Assembly: GCA_043767805.1 (NCBI GenBank)
Contig: JAYUGC010000178.1
Location: forward strand, 1 to 21,439
Length of the DNA: 21,439 nt
Direction: 5' to 3'
DNA from: Pseudomonadota bacterium
GTDB taxonomy: Bacteria > Bdellovibrionota > FAC87 > UBA2466
The stretch's first letter is position 1. Every line of letters starts with the position of its first letter. The position numbers were made by a program, and so were the translations under genes. Under the pieces are notes generated by a model. It did no database searches. It saw nothing but the letters and a program-made list of their open reading frames with translations, and was not told the origin of the DNA. This document shows, in pieces, positions 16,663-21,439 of the stretch.

Positions 16663-17620
16663 TCTCGTCGCCGTATTTCTTTTAGGGGCGCTGGTTCTCT
16701 ACCTCCTCATGGGGATCGCGGATTTTGGGGGCGGTATTTTGAGCGGGCTCGCTCTCGGACCGCGGGCGGGAGCGCAACGGCGGCTCATCGACAAGGCCAT
16801 CGCTCCCATTTGGGAAGCCAACCATGTCTGGCTCATTCTCGCGCTCGTCGTCTTGTTCACCGCGTTTCCTGCGGCTTATCGTACTTTGGCCGAAGCGCTC
16901 AATTTGCCACTCGAGCTGATGCTGATTGGCATCGTCTTACGAGGCTCCGCGTTCGTGTTTCGTCAGTACGGGCCCGCGAAAAACAAAGGGCTGTGGCGCA
17001 CGATCTTCTCGATCGCGAGCTTCACGACTCCGTTTTGTCTGGGCCTCATCATGGGAGCCATCACCTCGGGGACACTGCACCCTTCCTCGGGGACGAGTTA
17101 CCTTGGCTGGTGGGCACCCTTCCCAGTCATGGTCGGAGGTTTGACGATTTGCGCGGGCGCCTTTTTGGCGTCCGTGTATTTGACGAACGAGACGAAAGAC
17201 GAACCTCTGATTCGGGACTTCACGGGGAGGGCATATATGGCGGCGGGATGCCTCGTCCTCATGGCCGCTTTGTCGGCGATGACGCTTCCCGATACCGCGA
17301 GCCACTTCCGGGATCGGCTCGCGAGTTTTTGGTGGATTCCGGGGGGAGCAGTAGGGGCCCTCGCCGGCTCTTTGTTTTGCTTGAGACGGAGAAAATCAAA
17401 AATGGCGCGGGCATTTGCGGCAGCGGCCGTATCTTCTCTCGTCCTGGGGTGGGCGACCGCGCAATACCCCTATCTCATCGCGCCCGAGCTGACGCTGACT
17501 CTCGCGGCGGCTCCTCCGGAAACTTTGCGGCCGCTCCTCGTCGCGCTCGTCACGGGATCGGGGTTCGTGCTGCCGTCTCTCGTCTGGCTGATGGTAACGT
17601 TCAAGAAACAGCGGAGCTAA
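16649..17620 (+). CDS. cydB: Cytochrome bd ubiquinol oxidase subunit II
   Basis: ADFGGG, PIWEANHVWL, FP and LRGSAFVFR motifs; overlaps the end of cydA. Confidence 0.95.
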   Translation: MALTDLVAVFLLGALVLYLLMGIADFGGGILSGLALGPRAGAQRRLIDKAIAPIWEANHVWLILALVVLFTAFPAAYRTLAEALNLPLELMLIGIVLRGSAFVFRQYGPAKNKGLWRTIFSIASFTTPFCLGLIMGAITSGTLHPSSGTSYLGWWAPFPVMVGGLTICAGAFLASVYLTNETKDEPLIRDFTGRAYMAAGCLVLMAALSAMTLPDTASHFRDRLASFWWIPGGAVGALAGSLFCLRRRKSKMARAFAAAAVSSLVLGWATAQYPYLIAPELTLTLAAAPPETLRPLLVALVTGSGFVLPSLVWLMVTFKKQRS

Positions 17621-19023
17621 TCTTCGCCCTGAACCCATGGGCGGCGCCGGGTCAGCAGATTCAAAATCGGCGTCGTCGCAAACGTCGTGACCAGCGCCAT
17701 GAAGACGAGCATCGCAAAAAGCTGCGGCGAAATCACCTTCATATCGAGACCGATGTTGAGGACGATGAGCTCGACGAGACCGCGGGTATTCATTAGAACG
17801 CCCAAGGCGGCGGAATCGATCCAGTTGAGTCCCGTGAGCTTCGCCGCGAAAAGCGTTCCGCCGAATTTTCCCACCGTCGCGACGAGAACGATCATGCCGC
17901 ACATCGCCCACTCTTCTCCGGTGCTCAGTAATCCGAACTGCGTTCGCATACCCGTGAAGGCGAAGAACGCGGGTAGGAACAGAATTCGCACCAGGTCGTC
18001 CAAGCGATGGGCCAAGTCCTGGGCAATACGGCTGTCGTGCGGGATGACCGCGCCCAGGAGAAAGGCGCCGAAGATGGCGTGGATGCCGATGATTTCGGTC
18101 GCAAGCGCTGAAAGGAGTAGCGCCACCATGATGAGCGCCATGCCGCCTTCGGTGATCTTATCGAACTTTTCTAGCAAAGGGACGACTTTAGCTATGAGGG
18201 GACGGGCCAGAAAGAACATTCCCGCCACGTAAGCGATGGTGAGAATCAGCGTGTAAACCGCGCCACCGAACTTTGCTTGAGTGATGCTGACTACGAAAGC
18301 GAGTAAACACCAGGCCGAAACGTCATCCACCGCGGCGCACGTGAGCGCGATGGTTCCCATGCGGGTCTTGTGCACGCGCCGGTCGGTCAAAATACGGGCT
18401 AAAACCGGGAATGCCGTCACCGATAGCGAAACGCCCAGAAAGAGCGCGAAACTTCGAAAGGGGACCTGGCTACTCGACAGGATGGGATAGAGATAGAGCG
18501 CGAGGCTCGTGCCCATGATGAAGGGGACGATGATGCTCGCATGGGAAATCGCGAGCGTCGCGTGGCCCGACTTGCGGAGCAGCTTCAAGTCGAGCTCGAG
18601 CCCGACGATAAACATGTAAAGGATGACGCCCAATTGCGCGATGATTCCCAAAAAGGGCGCCGCCGACTTGGGTAGCAAAAACTCGTAGGTGGTGGGCCAG
18701 AGATGGCCCAGAAACGAAGGGCCCAGCAGAATCCCGCCGACGACTTCACCGATGACGGCGGGCTGGCCAATCCATTTGAAGGCTCCGCCCACGGCACGAG
18801 CCGTGACGATGACCACCGCGAGGGAAAGCAGCACGTGGAGCAACATGTTGATTTGTTCTGGGGCCTGGCTCGCGCTCAGTCCTTCTCCGGGCATCTGGGG
18901 GGCCACGAGAGTCGAGCCCATATGATCGACGGCGGAAATAGCGAGGATTCCCAGCGCCATTACGCAGAAATAGATGAAGAAGGTCAGTCCCTTGTTGCCT
19001 GATCTGAGTCTAGAAAGTGCCAC
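17617..19023 (-). CDS. Cation:proton antiporter (CPA2/Kef-type Na+(K+)/H+ exchanger)
   Basis: GQPAVIGEVVGGILLGPS, TAFPVLARIL, AAVDD, IFGAFLLG, GKFGG and MNTRGLVEL motifs; exact start uncertain. Confidence 0.94.
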   Translation of the reverse strand: MALSRLRSGNKGLTFFIYFCVMALGILAISAVDHMGSTLVAPQMPGEGLSASQAPEQINMLLHVLLSLAVVIVTARAVGGAFKWIGQPAVIGEVVGGILLGPSFLGHLWPTTYEFLLPKSAAPFLGIIAQLGVILYMFIVGLELDLKLLRKSGHATLAISHASIIVPFIMGTSLALYLYPILSSSQVPFRSFALFLGVSLSVTAFPVLARILTDRRVHKTRMGTIALTCAAVDDVSAWCLLAFVVSITQAKFGGAVYTLILTIAYVAGMFFLARPLIAKVVPLLEKFDKITEGGMALIMVALLLSALATEIIGIHAIFGAFLLGAVIPHDSRIAQDLAHRLDDLVRILFLPAFFAFTGMRTQFGLLSTGEEWAMCGMIVLVATVGKFGGTLFAAKLTGLNWIDSAALGVLMNTRGLVELIVLNIGLDMKVISPQLFAMLVFMALVTTFATTPILNLLTRRRPWVQGED

Positions 19024-19068
19024 CGGCGAACTATAGCGGCCCAGAGACGGTGTGTATAGACCCTGTCC

Positions 19069-19833
19069 TTAGCGCTTAAGAACGAGTTCCACGGGGCAAT
19101 GATCGGACCCTTTGACCTGCGGTTGATGGGCGGCGGCCTTTAACCGATCCTTAAACTCCTGATTCACCACGAAGTAGTCGAGGCGCCATCCCACGTTCTT
19201 TTCCCGGACCCCCGGGCGATAGCTCCACCAAGTGTAGTGACCCGGGTCGGGATTGAACTGGCGAAAGGTGTCGACGTACCCGGCTTCGAGAAACTTATCC
19301 ATCCACGCGCGCTCTTCGGGAAGAAAGCCGGCGTTGTCTTGGTTCGTTTTGGGATTTTTGAGATCGATTTCTTTATGCGCGATGTTGAAATCGCCGCAAA
19401 GAACGAGATTTTTGCCGAGCTTTCTTTGGCGCTCCAGAAAGTTCAGCATCTCATCGCAGAAAGCGAGCTTATCCGGAAGTCGCGAATGATCGCGCCGGCT
19501 GTTGGGAAAGTACGCGTTCACCACGCTGAAATCTTTGAAGTCGACGGTGACCACCCTACCCTCGGCGTCGATGCTCGGATTGCCGATGCCGCATCTCGCG
19601 TCGAGCGGTTCCTTTTTTGTGAAGGTCGTGACTCCGCTGTAGCCCTTCTTCTGCGCGCAGTGAAAAACGCTGTGGTAGCCGAGCGGATTGAGCAGCTCCT
19701 CGGTGAGCTGCTCGGTCTGGGCTTTCACTTCTTGAAGGCAGAGGACGTCGGGCTTGTGGGCCTCGATCCAGGGGAGAAAGCCCTTTTGAGCGACCGAGCG
19801 GATTCCGTTTACGTTCCAGGAAAGGAGCTTCAT
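19069..19833 (-). CDS. xth: Exodeoxyribonuclease III / AP endonuclease
   Basis: SWNVNGIR, LQEVK, GYSGV, EGR, YFPN, GDFNIAH, YTWWSYR, GWRLDY and SDHCP motifs. Confidence 0.97.
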   Translation of the reverse strand: MKLLSWNVNGIRSVAQKGFLPWIEAHKPDVLCLQEVKAQTEQLTEELLNPLGYHSVFHCAQKKGYSGVTTFTKKEPLDARCGIGNPSIDAEGRVVTVDFKDFSVVNAYFPNSRRDHSRLPDKLAFCDEMLNFLERQRKLGKNLVLCGDFNIAHKEIDLKNPKTNQDNAGFLPEERAWMDKFLEAGYVDTFRQFNPDPGHYTWWSYRPGVREKNVGWRLDYFVVNQEFKDRLKAAAHQPQVKGSDHCPVELVLKR

Positions 19834-19924
19834 GCGCAGGGGACTTTAAGGCGCGCCACGCCGATTTCAAGCTTTAGCCGTCCACTGGCAGTGTGGCCCT
19901 TCTCAAGACTTCCTGTCTACAACC

Positions 19925-20875
19925 ATGCTCGAACGAGGGGGAGTCATGTTTTCAGGGAAGCCTATTCGATCCATCTTTTTACAGAGTACCGGCATCAAAG
20001 TCCTCTGGCTCCTCGCCCTCATTCTCTGGCCCAGACTTAGTTTTGGCGACTGCCCAAAGTTTTTCGCTAAACTTTTCCGGGACTCGTTGCACACCGTGGT
20101 GGTGCGACCCACGTTAAATCTTCGCTATAAGGTAACCCTCGAAGGCCTTGACGCCGTAAAGGCAAAAGGAACGCAGGGAATCCTTTTTCTGCCGAACCAT
20201 CCCGCCCTGATCGATCCGTTCATTTTGTCGAATCAATTGAATCCGTCCTTCCATCCCCGTCCCGCCATGATCGCAAGCCGGGCGCAAGACACCGCCGGTA
20301 AATTCACGGCGTGGGTACAGAATGCCTTTTTGATACCGGACATTTCCCAGATGCGCCAAGGACCTGGCACTCCGAAAGAGCGCCGGGAGGCCTTCGTCCA
20401 GAAAATGGAAGGCACTTTGGATGATATGGTCACGGCTTTGAAAAACGGCGAGAATCTCGTGATCTATCCCGCGGGACAGCTCACACCGGGAGATGGAGTC
20501 GAGGTAATCGGGGCGAAGGGCGCCGTGGAAGCGATTCTCGCCAAGTACCCCGATGTGCGGATCGTTTTGGTCGATACCAAAGGTTTGCGGGGAAGCAGTT
20601 TCGGCTTGGGGAAAGACAACGTCTATCCTGTTTTCATCGATAAGGCCGTACAAGGTATTAAGAGCACTTTAGGCAACGGCGTGTTCTTCAATCCCAAGCG
20701 AGACGTCACCATGTCCTTCACCGAGCCGGCTGATTTCCCGCGCGGTGGGGACAAGACAGTAATCAACACGTACCTGGAAGACTTCTGGAAGAAGAATCAC
20801 CCCGAGCCGCGACGTTCGATTCCTTATTCTTTATGGGGCCGGCAGGGAAGCACGGCGACTGAGACGCCTGAGTAG
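19925..20875 (+). CDS. Stand-alone PlsC-type (lysophospholipid) acyltransferase with N-terminal signal/TM segment; start may be ATG 19946
   Basis: LFLPNHPALIDP (HxxxxD), NLVIYPAG (FPEG-equivalent) and GLRGSSF motifs; hydrophobic VLWLLALILW leader. Confidence 0.85.
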   Translation: MLERGGVMFSGKPIRSIFLQSTGIKVLWLLALILWPRLSFGDCPKFFAKLFRDSLHTVVVRPTLNLRYKVTLEGLDAVKAKGTQGILFLPNHPALIDPFILSNQLNPSFHPRPAMIASRAQDTAGKFTAWVQNAFLIPDISQMRQGPGTPKERREAFVQKMEGTLDDMVTALKNGENLVIYPAGQLTPGDGVEVIGAKGAVEAILAKYPDVRIVLVDTKGLRGSSFGLGKDNVYPVFIDKAVQGIKSTLGNGVFFNPKRDVTMSFTEPADFPRGGDKTVINTYLEDFWKKNHPEPRRSIPYSLWGRQGSTATETPE

Positions 20876-21223
20876 CGTTCCTCGTTTGGCTTCGCGATCT
20901 AAGCGAACGATGACTCCCTCCTTTCTCCTGGAGCTTCGTGATATCTCGGACACAAGCAAAACTCGTTGAGCTAACTTCAAAAAGTGTGGAAATGAGTTCA
21001 GGCAGGGTATCGCGTGCAAAACTGTCGTATTCTTTGAACTATGGCGAAAACTTGAGCGCTTAGCCTTAACTCTGATTTCGGCATGAAGGCGCCGGGCACC
21101 CACAAATCAATTGCCTGATGTATTGATGTATTCCTGTTCAGCAGTGTAAGAAGTCTCGACACTCCGAGCACCGATTATGCGAGTCGTGTACTCAAAGTAA
21201 TCGAGAACTCTCGAAGCTAATAG

Positions 21224-21439
21224 GGTCACCCGGGGGCGCAGCTTGCTCCGGTCAAAGATCCTGAGGTTATCGAGACGATCGATATCGACCGAAAGCGGCT
21301 TCCGCCGGGTCGCTACACGCACGTTGGTTACGATAAGAGACAGGTTATCGATATCATCGTGTCCCGACAGGTGACGGAGTACCGAGCGGAAGTGGTAAAA
21401 GACGAGCGGGGCAATGAGTTCGTAGCTCAATTTCCCAAG
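21224..21439 (+). pseudogene. 5'-truncated IS66-family (single-ORF ISBst12-type) transposase fragment, runs off right edge
   Basis: Hand translation GHPGAQLAPVKDPEVIETIDIDRKRLPPGRYTHVGYDKRQVIDIIVSRQVTEYRAEVVKDERGNEFVAQFPK shows the GHxG, RQVxDI, VTEYR and AxFP pattern. It is immediately preceded by in-frame TAA TAG. Confidence 0.75.

Noticed and set aside
16810..17796. 328-aa alternative-frame ORF over cydB
   Set aside because: Arg/Gly-rich off-frame translation of a clear gene.
19237..20040. 267-aa + strand ORF
   Set aside because: Antisense shadow of xth.
20831..21103. 90-aa minus-strand ORF
   Set aside because: No recognisable motif or RBS, and it overlaps the end of the acyltransferase gene.
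21107..21430. 107-aa minus-strand ORF as an intact gene
   Set aside because: Its first two-thirds is antisense to the IS66 fragment; at most the tail is a gene remnant.
1..21439. CRISPR array, tRNA/rRNA, riboswitch or clear intrinsic terminators
   Set aside because: None recognised by eye and intergenic spaces are short; an Rfam/Infernal scan of 8370-8619 and 20876-21220 would be the decisive check.

Overview
GC-rich, gene-dense bacterial DNA; gene content is compatible with a Bdellovibrionota/delta-proteobacterial-type organism (inference only). The left 8.4 kb is one tightly coupled minus-strand operon: a secreted protein-glutaminase-like Cys-His-Asp enzyme, a PaaK-like adenylate-forming ligase, a degenerate HATPase-GNAT fusion, a LuxE-like acyl-protein synthetase, a LuxC reductase fused to a second PaaK-like ligase, and an MFS transporter that is absent from the ORF track and runs off the window. 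No luciferase genes are visible, so this looks like a lux-derived biosynthesis/export system and is the best candidate for an undescribed system. Divergent from it is a probably exported caspase-fold protein. Next is a complete 997-bp IS1/IS1595-like element with 22-bp inverted repeats and a 9-bp target duplication, inserted exactly in the overlapping stop codons of two convergent genes. The rest holds a GT2/GT39 pair, a hypothetical gene, an outer-membrane barrel, cydAB, a cation:proton antiporter, xth, a stand-alone acyltransferase and a 5'-truncated IS66-type transposase fragment. All family assignments come from visual motif recognition, not database searches.
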